64,000 bases of DNA from an uncultured Gemmatimonadales bacterium (GTDB lineage: Bacteria > Gemmatimonadota > Gemmatimonadetes > Gemmatimonadales > GWC2-71-9). The stretch is from contig CAWJIM010000021.1 in NCBI GenBank assembly GCA_963842945.1, positions 192,001-256,000 of the forward strand, written 5' to 3'. This document shows positions 1 to 12,929 of the stretch, piece after piece. The position numbers and the translations under genes were made by a program. Under the pieces are notes generated by a model, which saw only the letters and a program-made list of their open reading frames with translations, was not told the DNA's origin and did no database searches. Within the stretch, counting starts at the first letter, position 1. Every line of letters begins with the position of its first letter.

Positions 1-635
1 AAGTCCACCTTTCTCCGCACCCTCAACCGGATGCACGAGCTGTCGGACCATGGCTGGATCACCGGCCGGGTGCTGCTCGACGGCGAGGACATCTACGCGC
101 CGAGGGTCAACGCCATGCAGCTCCGGCGCCGGGTGGGCATGGTCTTCCAGCGGCCCACGCCGTTTCCCACGATGTCGATCTACGACAACGTGGCGGCGGG
201 GCTGCGGGTCAACGGCCGGCTGCCGCGGGCCGGAGCTGGATGCAGTGGTCGAGCGGGCGCTGCGCCAGGCCGCGCTGTGGGACGAGGTGAAGGACCGGCT
301 CCAGCGCCAGCGCGATGGCGCTGTCGGCGGCCAGCAGCAGCGGCTCTGCATCGCGCGCACCATCGCGCCCTCGCCGGATGTGATCCTGCTGGACGAGCCC
401 ACCGCCTCGCTCGACCCGCAGGGCACCCAGCGGATCGAGGAGCTGCTGTTCGAGCTCAAGCGAGACTTCACCATCATCATCGTGACCCACAACATGCAGC
501 AGGCGGCCCGGGTGTCGGACACCACCACCTTCTTCTATCTGGGCAGCATGGTCGAGACCGGGCCGACCCGCCAGATCTTCACCGCGCCGCGGCAGGAGCA
601 GACCGAGGCCTACATCACCGGGAAGGTTCGGATGA
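1..635 (+). CDS. pstB: Phosphate ABC transporter ATP-binding protein, copy 1 (5'-truncated by the window, frameshifted)
   Basis: Starts [11 protein letters not shown] (Walker A end), then [27 protein letters not shown] and [14 protein letters not shown] across ORFs 31..663 and 50..892. The likely stop is TGA 633-635, overlapping the next ATG. Confidence 0.9.
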
Positions 636-1489
636 GCACCACGATGCAGCCCGAGACCCGTGACGTGCAACGGGCACCAAGGGACGACGCCTACGCTCCC
701 CGACGCTCCGATGCCGCCGCTCGGTCCGCGGCGAGCCCGGCGATCGATGTCCGCGACTTCGATTTCTTCGTACGGCCCGCGCCAGGCGCTGAGAGGCCTG
801 AACTTCGCGATCCCGCGGCAGGGCGGTCACGGCGATCATCGGGCCGTCCGGCTGCGGCAAGTCCACCTTCCTCCGCTCCATCAACCGGCTGAACGACCTG
901 ATTCCCGGGCGCCCGCCACCAGGGCGACATCCTGGTCGAGGGCGTGTCGGTGTTCGGCCCGGGCACCGACCTGGTGTCGCTCCGGCAGCGGGTCGGGATG
1001 GTCTTCCAGCGGCCCAATCCGTTCCCCAAGACGATCTTCGAGAACGTGGCCTACGGCCCGGCGCTCAACGCGCTGGTGACCCGGCGCGATCTGCCCGATC
1101 TGGTCGAGCGCTGCCTCCGCCAGGCGGCGCTGTGGGACGAGGTGAAGGACCGGCTCGACGAGCCCGGCACCGGACTCTCGGGCGGGCAGCAGCAGCGGCT
1201 CTGCATCGCCCGGGCGCTCGGCAACGAGCCCGAGGTGCTGCTGATGGACGAGCCCTGCTCGGCGCTCGACCCGATCGCGACCCAGCGGGTCGAGGAGCTG
1301 ATCTTCGAGCTGAAGCAGGACTACACCATCGTCATCGTGACCCACAACATGCAGCAGGCGGCGCGGGTGTCCGACTACACCGGCTTCTTCGATCGGGGCG
1401 AGCTGATCGAGTTCGATGAGACCGAGCGGATCTTCACCAAGCCGGCCCACGAGCGCACCGAAGCCTATATCACCGGGAGATTCGGATGA
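632..1489 (+). CDS. pstB: Phosphate ABC transporter ATP-binding protein, copy 2 (frameshifted in 5' part)
   Basis: [12 protein letters not shown] at about 840-877. ORF 944..1489 has [25 protein letters not shown] and YITGRFG. Confidence 0.9.
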
Positions 1490-2232
1490 GCGTCGACGTC
1501 CATCGGCATTTTCACGACGAGCTGAGCCACGTCAAGGTGCGGCTGCTCACCATGTCCGGTGAGGCGGAGGCCGCGCTCGGCCTGGCGGTCGACGCGCTGC
1601 TGGAGCGCGACAGCGAGAAGGCCGCGGCGGGTGATCGCCGGCGACCGGGTGATCGACGCATGGAAGTGGAGATCGAAGAGCAGTGCATCAATCTCCTGGC
1701 GCTGCAGCAGCCGATGGCGCGAGACCTCCGCATGCTCACGTCGGCGCTCAAGATCGCCAACGACCTCGAGCGGGTGGGCGACCACGCGGTCAACATCGCC
1801 CAGTCGGCCGAGCGGCTGCTTCAGGCCCGGCCCATCGCGCCGGAGCCCGAGATCGTCGAGATGGCTCGACTGGCCCGGGAGATGCTCTCCGATGCGCTGG
1901 AGGCCTTCATTCGGGGCGACGCCGCGGCGGGGCGCGAAGTCTGCCGGCGGGACGACAAGGTGGATGCGCTGCACCGCTCGGTCTTCCGGATCCTGCTGAC
2001 CCACATGATGGAGGACCCCCACACCATCGGCGCGGGTATGGAGCTGTTCCTGGTGAGCCGGAACCTGGAGCGGGTGGCCGACCTGGCAACGAACATCGGC
2101 GAAGACGTGGTGTTTCTGGTGGAGGGGCGCTCGATCAAGCATCACGCAGAAGACCGGGAGAGGCAAGAGAGCTGGGAGTCAGGAGCTAGGCCCAGCTACT
2201 CTCCATACGGAATCCAGATGTTCTTGATCTGA
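1486..2232 (+). CDS. phoU: Phosphate signalling complex protein PhoU
   Basis: [25 protein letters not shown] and [13 protein letters not shown] motifs; ATGA overlap with pstB. Compensating frameshift near 1620-1660; the 3' end is uncertain. Confidence 0.92.
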   Translation: MSVDVHRHFHDELSHVKVRLLTMSGEAEAALGLAVDALLERDSEKAAAGDRRRPGDRRMEVEIEEQCINLLALQQPMARDLRMLTSALKIANDLERVGDHAVNIAQSAERLLQARPIAPEPEIVEMARLAREMLSDALEAFIRGDAAAGREVCRRDDKVDALHRSVFRILLTHMMEDPHTIGAGMELFLVSRNLERVADLATNIGEDVVFLVEGRSIKHHAEDRERQESWESGARPSYSPYGIQMFLI

Positions 2233-4638
2233 GTGGCTTGCTCGAGAAACTCTTCGCCCGCCCCGAGGCTGGCGTTGGCCCAATCGCGAGAGGCAGCCTC
2301 CTCGACCCAGGTCCGCTTCATGTTGCCGGCCGAGAGCCGTTCCACTTCCGCTCCAGTCTCCTGGTCCCCGAAGTACCAGATCCCATCCACATCGTCGTGA
2401 GTGGCAAGGATCCGTCCCAACTCCCGAGGGTCGCCGGTCACGATGTTGATGACACCGTCGGGCAGGTCCGAGGTCTCCAGCACCTGATACAGATCCGTGG
2501 CCGCCAGCGGGGCCGCAGCCGATGGAATCGCTACTACGCTGTTGCCCAGCGCGACGCCCGGAAGCACGGTGGACACGAAACCAAGCAGCGGCCACTCGCG
2601 GGGGAGCCACCACGCCCAGGACGCCGATCGGCTCCGGCATGGCCAGGGTGACGTTGCGATACGGCGTATGGTGGACCGCGCCATCGTACTTGTCGGCCCA
2701 GGCCGCATAGGTGTACATCCGCTCGATGGTCAGGGCGACTTCATTCTCGCCTGACCCGCCGAACGTTTGCAGTCGAGCCACAAACTCCTCGGCTCGGGCC
2801 GCCAGATTCTCCGCCAGGTAGTAGAGCACCTGAGCCCGGGCATGAGCCGTGGCGTGGGCCCAGGTGGCCGCCTTGTGCGCCGCTTCGACGGCATTGCGAA
2901 TGTCTTTTCGGTTCCCCTGCCCCACTTCACCCAGGTGTTTCCCCGCCCGGTCCAGCACCGGGATACTGTAGCCCGAATCAGGCCGGACTTGTTTGCCGCC
3001 GATGTACAACTTGGGCGTGCGATCGATTGGCGGTAAGGCGGTAGGGCGGTAAGGCGGTAAGACGTGAGCGGATGACTTTGCAGTCGCGTTGCGGGCACCA
3101 GTTTTCCGGAACTTACCGCTTTTCCGACTTACCGTCTTACCGCCTTCCTGCCCCGCTGCCCGGCCGCCCCGCTCCCCTACCCATTTCACATACTCCCTCA
3201 GCCCCTCTCGTCCGCCTTCCCGGCCAAAGCCGCTCTCGCGGTAGCCGCCGAAGCCGCTGGCGGCATCGAAGACGTTGGTACAGTTGATCCAGATGGTGCC
3301 GGCCTTGAGCTGCGGGGCAATATCGAGCGCCAGGTTGATGTTCTCGGTCCAGACGCTGGCGGCCAGGCCATAGCGCGTGTTGTTGGCCAGCTCCACCGCC
3401 TCCGCCGGGGTGCGGAAGGTCATCAGCACCACGACCGGCCCGAAGATCTCCACCTGAGCGATGGTAGCCGCCGGCGAGACCTCGGTGAACAGCGTGGGCG
3501 GGAAGAACCAGCCGTCCCGGGGGCAGCTCCAGGAGGGCTGCCAGAGAGTAGCGCCCTCGTCTTCGCCTCGGCGCACCAGCTGCTGAATCTTCTCCAGCTG
3601 CACCGGCGCGATGATGGCGCCCATGTCCACCGCCTTGTCCAGGGGATCGCCCACCCGGAGCGTCTCCATTCGCGCCTTGAGCTTGGAGACCAGACGTTCC
3701 TGTGATCCTTCGTGCACCAGGATGCGCGATCCGGCGCAGCAGACCTGGCCCTGGTTGAACCAGATGGCGTCCACCACGCCTTCCACCACGCTGTCCAGGT
3801 CGCTGTCGCCGAACACGATGAACGGGGACTTTCCGCCCAGCTCGAGTGACAATTTCTTGCCGCTCCCGGCCGTCGCCTGGCGAATGAGCCGTCCCACCTC
3901 GGTCGAGCCGGTAAAAGCGATCTTGTCCACATCGGGATGCTTCACCAGGGCTTCGCCAGCCCGCCCATCCCCCGTCACGATGTTCACCACCCCGGAGGGG
4001 AGCCCGATCTCCTCGCACAGCTCTGCGAACCTCAGCGCCGTCAGAGAGGTGAACTCGGCGGGCTTGAGCACTACGGTGTTTCCCATGGCGAGCGCGGGGG
4101 CAATCTTCCAGGCCAACATGAGAAGCGGAAAGTTCCACGGAATGATCTGCCCGATGACTCCCACCGGCTCCCGCTCCGGCAGCTCCTGCTCCATCAGCTG
4201 GGCCCAGCCGGCATGGTGATAGAAGTGACGCGCTACCAGCGGCACGTCGATGTCGCGGGATTCCCGGATCGGCTTGCCGTTGTCGAGTGATTCCAGGACG
4301 GCAAAGAACCGGCTGTGCTTCTGGATTTGCCGGGCAATTGCGTAGAGGTAGCGGGCCCGGCCGTGCCCGCCCAGCGCCCACCATTGCGGCTGAGCCTTGC
4401 GTGCGGCGGCAACCGCGCGTTCTATGTCGGCTGGACTCGCTTGGGTCAGGGTAGCGAGAGGCCTCGCCGTGGCGGGATTCAGCGTCTCAAACGTCTCTCG
4501 GCCCGGCTCGCTCCACCGTCCCCCGATAAACAGCCCGAACCTCCGCCCTCGGTGCTCGAGCCATTCCTCCACCCGCCCGGGAGGCTCGGGCGCAGGCCCG
4601 TATTCCATTGAGTGGAAGATCTCAGGAACTGAGGCCAC
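2196..4638 (-). CDS. Two-domain aldehyde dehydrogenase (DeoC-associated), frameshift near 2600
   Basis: IIPWNFP, FTGSTEVG, LELGGKSP, GQVCCAGSR and EIFGPV motifs, then a second ALDH-like domain continuing in ORF 2196..2708. GTG start inferred at 4638. Confidence 0.88.
3029..3175. repeat. Inverted octamer tandem arrays inside the ALDH inter-domain linker
   Basis: 4x GGCGGTAR at 3029-3060, and about 8 degenerate CTTACCGC-like units at 3112-3175 in the reverse-complement orientation. Confidence 0.8.
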
Positions 4639-4664
4639 GAACCGTGCCTTTGTGGTGAGATGTC

Positions 4665-5676
4665 CTAGGCACTGGGATGCCGGTGGACTGCCGAGTACCT
4701 GCCGGTAACGTAATGCTCCAGCTGGCGCTCGATGTCGGAGAGCAGCGTGCTGGCGCCGATCCGGAATAGATTTGGCCGGAGCCACAGATCGCCCAGCTCA
4801 TCCTTCATCAACGCCATCCAGTCCAGCGACTCTCGCGCCGAGCGGATCCCGCCTGCGGCCTTGAGCCCGACCAGGTGGCCAGTCCGCTCCTGGTACTCTC
4901 TGATAGCCCGACACATCACCAGTCCAACCGGCAGGGTGGCGTTCACGGACTCCTTGCCGGTCGAGGTCTTAATGAAGTCGGCGCCTGCCATCATGCACAC
5001 CAGTGCGGCCCGGGCAACGTTCCGCAGCGTGGCAAGCTCTCCAGTGGCGAGGATGGTCTTGATGTGGGCGTCACCGCAGGCCTCCCGCATGGTCCGCACC
5101 TCGTCATAGAGCGCGGACCAGTTCTCGGTCAGCACATGAGCCCGGGTGATGACCACATCGATCTCTTCCGCACCGGCCTCGACCGACGCGCGTATTTCCG
5201 CGATTCGCTGCTCGATAGGGTGAAAGACCGGCGGGGAATCCGGTGGAGACGGCAGCCACTGGTATCCCAGAGCCCTCCAGTGCTGCCACCGCTGTCTCGA
5301 CGAATGCGTGATAGACGCAGACGGCAGCGGCCCGGATGGGAAGCTGCCGCGCCTCCATCGACTCGAGCAGATCAACCCGAACCGGCCGCCGCGCCTTGGC
5401 GCAGAGACGCCGCACTCGGCCCGCCGTGTCGTCGCCCTGCAGGGTCGTCAGATCGATCAGGGTGATGGCCCGGAGCAGCCAGGCGGCCTGCCACTGCCGC
5501 TTAACGGTTCGCCTGGTCCGGAGCGTGGCCGTCCGCCGCTCGATCGCACTACGGTTGACCCGGACCTCCTGGATCCAGTCGAGCTCCAGGGGAGTACCGG
5601 GGTTTCTGGGGGTGACCGGCACCTCCAGGGCGCCCGTCGATGAGGAAGGAATTCGCGCCGGCGGCAGCGAGGGCAT
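4665..5676 (-). CDS. deoC: Deoxyribose-phosphate aldolase, frameshift near 5215
   Basis: IDLTTLQGDDT, AVSTGFPAG, EIDVVI, GADFIKTSTGKE, GLKAAGGIR and FRIGAS motifs across ORFs 5104..5709 and 4665..5375. Confidence 0.93.
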
Positions 5677-5724
5677 GTTGGAAGTTACCGGCCGCCTGGC
5701 ATTCGACAACTGCAGCCGACTTCG

Positions 5725-6486
5725 TCAGGTCTGCTCGCGGTACCCCAGGGTGTCCACCGTGCGGGCCAGCGCGCGATGCTTGGACACCAATGCGGGATCG
5801 CGGAATATCGAAATCAGCACCGCGCCGGTGACGAAACCGCCGGCATGGGCCCAGAAGGCAACACCGCCTTCTCCGCTCGCCAACCCACCGCCCACCAGCT
5901 GAAGCAGGAACCAGTACCCTAGCATGAGGTACGCCGGGACCACGATGCGGGTGATGAAGATCCCCAGTATCACCAGCATGTGAACCCGAACTTTCGGGTA
6001 CAGCACCACGTAAGCGCCCATGACCCCGCTGATGGCGCCCGACGCGCCGACCATGGGGACGGCGCTCCCTGGGTTGACCAGGGTCTGCGAAGCGGCAGCG
6101 GCAAGCCCACAGATGATATAGAAGAAGAAGTAGCGGATGCGGCCCATCGAGTCTTCCACGTTGTTCCCAAAGACCCAGAGGAACCACATGTTCCCAATGA
6201 GGTGAAACCAACCGCCATGGAGAAACATGGAGGTGAGCGGGGTGTACCAGCTGGGATCCCCCTCAATGACGCAGGCCATCGTGCGGCTCATGGGGATGCT
6301 GAAGCCGTCCGGCAGCCGGCCCAGAAACTCTCCCGGGATGAGGCCGAGCTCGCAAACCGAGCGGGAGAGGCTGGGTTCCGCGCCCATTCCCTGCACCACA
6401 ACCCAGGACACCACGTTCAACCCGATCAGGAGCAGGGTAACGAGGGGTGTGGCGAGGGTGGGATTATCGTCTCGGTAGGGGAACAT
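5725..6486 (-). CDS. Rhomboid family intramembrane serine protease
   Basis: SMFLHGGWFHLIGNM, VGASGAISG and VAFWAHAGGF motifs; multiple TM segments. Confidence 0.92.
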   Translation of the reverse strand: MFPYRDDNPTLATPLVTLLLIGLNVVSWVVVQGMGAEPSLSRSVCELGLIPGEFLGRLPDGFSIPMSRTMACVIEGDPSWYTPLTSMFLHGGWFHLIGNMWFLWVFGNNVEDSMGRIRYFFFYIICGLAAAASQTLVNPGSAVPMVGASGAISGVMGAYVVLYPKVRVHMLVILGIFITRIVVPAYLMLGYWFLLQLVGGGLASGEGGVAFWAHAGGFVTGAVLISIFRDPALVSKHRALARTVDTLGYREQT

Positions 6487-6512
6487 GGCTCAATATAGCC
6501 GAGCCGGTGGAG

Positions 6513-7638
6513 TCACTCAGACGGTGCTTCGGTATTAACGAGCTCGGGTTTGGAGACCGGCGGGCGGCGGAGCTCCTGCTCCAGCGAGGGACGGTCATCC
6601 TTGGTGAACGGCTCCAGCGCTACCGGCTGCCCGGTATCGGCCGACCGGTAGAGCGCGCGGATAATCCGGACGTCGGCCAGACCCTCCCAGCCCGAAGGCT
6701 CGGCGGCGTTTCCGTTGATGATGCTCTCGGAAAAGCTGATCAGCTCGGGCGCGAACTGGTCCCGCTTGGGAAAAGTCTTGCTCCGGGTGCGGCCCTCCAC
6801 GGTAACCTTCTGCTCCAACACTTCGGCATAGTCATAGGCGGGATCAAGCACCAACTGTCCTTTGGAGCCGACTACCCGGTAATGGGAGACATCGGCCGCC
6901 CCAAAGCTGCAGGTAAACGTGGCCAGCCGCTCGCGCCCGGGGAACCGAAGAATGGCGCTGGTGGTCTCCTCACACTGCAGAAAACGCTGATCTCCCTTGT
7001 TGGCGCTGAACGCCACAACCTCCATCGGCTCGGCCCCAAACAGATTCCGCACCGCGTTGATGCAGTAGATCCCGATGTCGTACAGCGTCCCACCGCCAAG
7101 CTCCCGGGGATTGAGGCGGATGTCGCCGTCCTTCACCGTCATGGTGAAGACTGAGTCGAACAAGCCGAGGGTCTCCCAGCTTCCCACTCTGGACCAGATC
7201 GATCGCCTTCAGGTTGGCTTCCTCGAAGTGGAGCCGATAGGCGACCATGAGCTTGGCCTGATGTTCTTCGGCCACCCGGATCATGGAGCGGCAGTCTTCC
7301 TCCGTCACCGCCATGGGCTTCTCGCACAGGACGTGAATCCCGCGGCGGAGAGCCCGTTCGGAATACTCGCGGTGGAGATGATTGGGGAGCGTTATATAGA
7401 CCGCGTCGACCGCACCGCTGTCCAGGCACTCGTCGAATTCTTCGTAGGAGTACCGCCCCCGGACCTTATACTTGCGTGCCAGCTTCTCCAGCTTCTCGGC
7501 GTCGCTGGAAACGAGGGCGGTCAGCTCGGAGTTTTCGGCGTGGGCAAAAGCCGGCAGCACGGCGACCTGGGCGATGTGTCCCAGACCGACGACGGCGTAA
7601 CGGACCTTCTCGGCGTGCGGCGAGACCTTGCGGGGCAT
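6513..7638 (-). CDS. Gfo/Idh/MocA family oxidoreductase, frameshift near 7165
   Basis: YAVVGLGHIA, HVLCEKPMA and GGGTLYDIGIYC motifs across ORFs 6970..7638 and 6513..7187. Confidence 0.88.
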
Positions 7639-7645
7639 CGGGACC

Positions 7646-7698
7646 GCTACGGCTATTGGCTATGAATCGGAGACGCGGTCACAGCCAATAGCCGTAGC
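7646..7698. terminator. 20-bp inverted repeat, probable terminator
   Basis: GCTACGGCTATTGGCTATGA (7646-7665) pairs with TCACAGCCAATAGCCGTAGC (7679-7698), with 1 mismatch. Confidence 0.6.
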
Positions 7699-7703
7699 CC
7701 TCT

Positions 7704-7853
7704 TTACAAAGCCCTTCTGCCCTGAATCAACTGCATCACGGCCATGATCACCGCGATGACCAGCAGGACGTGGATGAAACCCCCGAGGGTGTAGGATGTG
7801 ACGACCCCCAGCAACCACAGCACCAGGAGTATCACGAAGATCGTCCACAGCAT
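7704..7853 (-). CDS. Small membrane protein, lmo0937/DUF5670-like (49 aa, not in the ORF track)
   Basis: MLWTIFVILLVLWLLGVVTSYTLGGFIHVLLVIAVIMAVMQLIQGRRAL, with a strong GGAGGAGGT RBS just upstream. Confidence 0.85.
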   Translation of the reverse strand: MLWTIFVILLVLWLLGVVTSYTLGGFIHVLLVIAVIMAVMQLIQGRRAL

Positions 7854-8003
7854 GGCTACCTCCTCCCGTTCGGTAAGCCTCCAAAGACCAGCCGTGCCCC
7901 AAGGGTGAGGCGAGATTCAACCTAACGCAGCCAGGGTGGCCACCGTCGTGAGCCATGTCACGGGTGATACGCTCCTTATTTGTGCCAAAACGGCAGCTTT
8001 GCA

Positions 8004-8019
8004 CGGTATGGCGCTTGCT
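8004..8019 (+). promoter_or_regulatory. Putative sigma54 (-24/-12) promoter of dnaK
   Basis: CGGTATG-GCGC-TTGCT has GG-N10-GC spacing; a TGCCAAAACGGCA palindrome lies at 7983-7995. Confidence 0.45.
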
Positions 8020-8076
8020 CCTGCACCCGCTCGACCCGTGTGCGAGTGACAGACTGGCATCCACGGCAACACATGA

Positions 8077-10020
<1,944 letters not shown>

Positions 10021-10023
<3 letters not shown>

Positions 10024-10121
10024 GCGGTAAGAGGTAAGCGGTTAGCGGGGGTCTTCGAAAATCGTCGGAGGCCCCCGTGCCCGCTTATTCCTTAGCCGAC
10101 CCTCACCTCACCTCTTACCGC
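10021..10121 (+). terminator. GC-rich hairpin flanked by inverted heptamer arrays after dnaK
   Basis: Core stem CGGGGGTCTTCGA/TCGGAGGCCCCCG (10046-10077). Outer GCGGTAAGAGGT (10024-10035) pairs with ACCTCTTACCGC (10110-10121). TAAGCGG-like unit x4. Confidence 0.65.
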
Positions 10122-10210
10122 AGTCTGGCCGAAACTCCCCACCGGGCTTCGGGGTAGGGTTAAATTGATCTCAGGCCGCATCACCCAAACGCTTTCTCGA
10201 AGGACCTTCG

Positions 10211-11776
10211 ATGTCCGCACGATCATTGAACTGGCTGAAGTTCGGAGGGTTGGTCGCCCTGGCCTTTGCTCTTGGGCTGCTCTTCGCCGGCCTGCTCGAT
10301 CTGCCCAGCCGTTCCTCGGCTCAGGTTCAGGGTCGTCAGGCTTCTCCGATAACCCAGGTGCCGGCTCCTTCGATCCCAGCCGCGCGACCCCTGCAGGACC
10401 TGAGTGAAGCCTTTGCCGCCGTCGCGGAGCACGTAAAACCGACCGTGGTCTACATTCGCTCTCAGCGCACCGAGCAGACCACGCGGCAGCGAGTTCCTCC
10501 CGGCATGGAACGGTTCTTCCCGCGGTTCCGGCAACAGCCCGACATCGAGCAGGGCAGCGGCTCGGGTTTCGTTATCTCCGCCGATGGTTACATCCTGACC
10601 AACAACCACGTGGTCGAAGGCGCCGAACAGGTCACGGTTCGCCTGCTGGACCGCCGTGAGTTCAAGGCCAAAGTCATCGGAAGCGACGCCAACACCGATG
10701 TGGCCGTGCTCAAGATCGACGCCAAGGGACTCCAGCCCGTGGCCTTGGGCAATAGCGACGATGCCCGGGTGGGAGAATGGGTGCTGGCCATCGGGAATCC
10801 CCTGGGTGAGGGGCTCACCTTCACGGTCACCTCCGGCATCGTGAGCGCCAAGGGCCGAGCGCTGCAAGGGCTGCCGGGCCGCGGCCAGGGCAGCATTCAG
10901 GACTTCATCCAGACCGATGCAGCTATCAACCCGGGAAATTCGGGTGGACCCCTGGTGAGTGTCCGGGGCGAGGTCATCGGGATCAACTCCGCGATAGCCA
11001 GCGAGACCGGCTTTTACTCGGGCTACGGCTTTGCCATCCCGATCAATCTGGCGCGCACGGTCATGAATCAGCTGATCGAGACCGGCTCAGTGCACCGGGC
11101 GGCGTTGGGTGTCTCGATCGACAACGTGACCCTCAACGACGCGGCCTACGTCGGTCTGCCGGAGATCCGAGGGGTCGTGGTCAAGGACATCCCCAGTGAC
11201 GACTCGCCGGCCAAGGCAGCAGGGATTCTCCCGGGCGACGTGATCATCTCGGTGGATGGGAAGCCGGTCGAGAGAGTGGGTCAACTTCAGCAGGTGATCG
11301 GATTCCGCAAGCCGGGTGAGATGGTCAAGGTCGAGGTTGCCCGGAAGGGCGGAGTGCGGAAGACCTTTAACGTCAAGCTCCAGGCCCTGAATGACCAGCC
11401 GCAGTTGGCAGCCGCTGACCAGGGTGACTCGGATAACGCCGATAACACCGGCGGTTCGGCCATGAACCGGCTGGGCGTGAATGTGGAACCGGTCACTCCC
11501 GATGTGGCCCAACAGCTTCAACTGCCGTCGAACATGCGCGGGTTGGTGGTGACCGCCGTTACGCCGGGCGGACCGTCGTGGCAGACGCTGTACGACGACC
11601 CCCAGAACAACGGCCCCGACATCATCCTTTCGGTCGAGGGTAAGTCAGTGAGGACCGAGGCCGAGCTGCGGAATGCGCTCCAGGCCGAGAAGCCGGGCAG
11701 CATCGTAACCCTGGGCATCTATAACCCGCGGGCGCAGGGCCGCCGGGTGGAACGGGTTCGGCTGGCGGACAAGTAG
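10211..11776 (+). CDS. DegP/HtrA (Do family) serine protease with two PDZ domains
   Basis: GSGSGFVI, LTNNHVV and IQTDAAINPGNSGGPL motifs; N-terminal signal/TM. Confidence 0.95.
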   Translation: MSARSLNWLKFGGLVALAFALGLLFAGLLDLPSRSSAQVQGRQASPITQVPAPSIPAARPLQDLSEAFAAVAEHVKPTVVYIRSQRTEQTTRQRVPPGMERFFPRFRQQPDIEQGSGSGFVISADGYILTNNHVVEGAEQVTVRLLDRREFKAKVIGSDANTDVAVLKIDAKGLQPVALGNSDDARVGEWVLAIGNPLGEGLTFTVTSGIVSAKGRALQGLPGRGQGSIQDFIQTDAAINPGNSGGPLVSVRGEVIGINSAIASETGFYSGYGFAIPINLARTVMNQLIETGSVHRAALGVSIDNVTLNDAAYVGLPEIRGVVVKDIPSDDSPAKAAGILPGDVIISVDGKPVERVGQLQQVIGFRKPGEMVKVEVARKGGVRKTFNVKLQALNDQPQLAAADQGDSDNADNTGGSAMNRLGVNVEPVTPDVAQQLQLPSNMRGLVVTAVTPGGPSWQTLYDDPQNNGPDIILSVEGKSVRTEAELRNALQAEKPGSIVTLGIYNPRAQGRRVERVRLADK

Positions 11777-11800
11777 GGCGGAACGACGGAACGCAGGAGC

Positions 11801-11837
11801 ATAAGAAGTCCCCTGACATTGGCAGGGGGCTTCTTAT
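11801..11837 (+). terminator. Rho-independent terminator after degP
   Basis: 15-bp stem ATAAGAAGTCCCCTG / CAGGGGGCTTCTTAT. Confidence 0.7.
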
Positions 11838-11874
11838 ATCTCCCGCCCTTCCCGTCCTGAAGTAACTTCCTCCT

Positions 11875-12573
11875 ATGACTATGCGCGGGATGATCTTCGA
11901 TGTCGACGGGACCCTGGTAGACACCAATCCGGCCCACGTCGAAGCCTGGTGCCGCGCCTTTCGCCGGCTCGGTTTTCAGATTCCGCCGGAGCGGATCGTG
12001 CCCGAGATCGGCAAGGGCGGCGACAAGCTGGTCCCTTCTCTTCTGGGTGCCGAGGTGGAGGAACGGCTGGGAGAGGAGCTTCGGAGAGCTCAGAAGGCCG
12101 AGTTCCTCGAGATTGCCCGGACCCAACGTTTCCGGGTATTCCCCGGCGCCACCGAGATCTTCAATGCCCTCCGGGGCCGGGGCATCCGCACGGCCCTCGC
12201 CACCTCCAGTGATGAGAAGCATCTGGCCGCAACGTCGGCAAGCGCCGGCATCGATCTGACTCGGCTGCCCGACGTGGTCGTTTCCAAAAGCCCGGACGAA
12301 CCAAGCAAGCCGTCGCCCGACTTGGTGGTGGACGCGGTGCACAAGCTCGAGCTGCCGGCTTCACATTGCGCCATGGTAGGTGACACGGTGTATGATGGGG
12401 AGGCCTGCCAGGGCGCGGGTGTCGCCTTCCTGGGGGTTCTCACGGGGCCTGCCGCCGAGCAGCCGCTGCTCGACGTGGGCGCCATTGCAGTCTGGCGAGA
12501 CGTGGGCCACCTGCTGAGCGAGCTGGACCGGGCCATCGATATCGCCGCCCTTGCCGCGACAGCCGGCGACTGA
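11875..12573 (+). CDS. HAD-IA family hydrolase
   Basis: IFDVDGTLVDT, ATSS, SKPSPD and MVGDTVYD motifs. Confidence 0.9.
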   Translation: MTMRGMIFDVDGTLVDTNPAHVEAWCRAFRRLGFQIPPERIVPEIGKGGDKLVPSLLGAEVEERLGEELRRAQKAEFLEIARTQRFRVFPGATEIFNALRGRGIRTALATSSDEKHLAATSASAGIDLTRLPDVVVSKSPDEPSKPSPDLVVDAVHKLELPASHCAMVGDTVYDGEACQGAGVAFLGVLTGPAAEQPLLDVGAIAVWRDVGHLLSELDRAIDIAALAATAGD

Positions 12574-12604
12574 CCGGCACAATTTCTTCCAGGAGCGCCG
12601 TCCG

Positions 12605-12874
12605 ATGACGACGAGTGAAGCCACCGACTGGATGAACCATCCCGCCATCAGAGCCCTGGTCGATCAGGCGAACATGCTGGCACTGGAGGAGCGCATTACC
12701 CTGGTCAAGGGGCTGATCCCCGCTATTGCGAACGGGTTGTCGGACGAAGAGTACGATCGGTTCGTCACCTTCGTGCGGCTAAAGGGCGAGCGCTACCTGG
12801 AGGCCAAATCCCATCCTGGTACCGGCCGGGCGGAGCGGCACACTCCCGGTGAGCGAGAGCTGGAAGGGAGGTAA
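12605..12874 (+). CDS. Small hypothetical protein (89 aa)
   Basis: AGGAG RBS upstream of ATG 12605; helical, protein-like composition; fills the gap between genes. Confidence 0.65.
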   Translation: MTTSEATDWMNHPAIRALVDQANMLALEERITLVKGLIPAIANGLSDEEYDRFVTFVRLKGERYLEAKSHPGTGRAERHTPGERELEGR

Positions 12875-12929
12875 GTCGGCAGCGGGGCAGCGGGCAGCGA
12901 AAGATCCATGTCGAGCCTGAAAGAACTGC

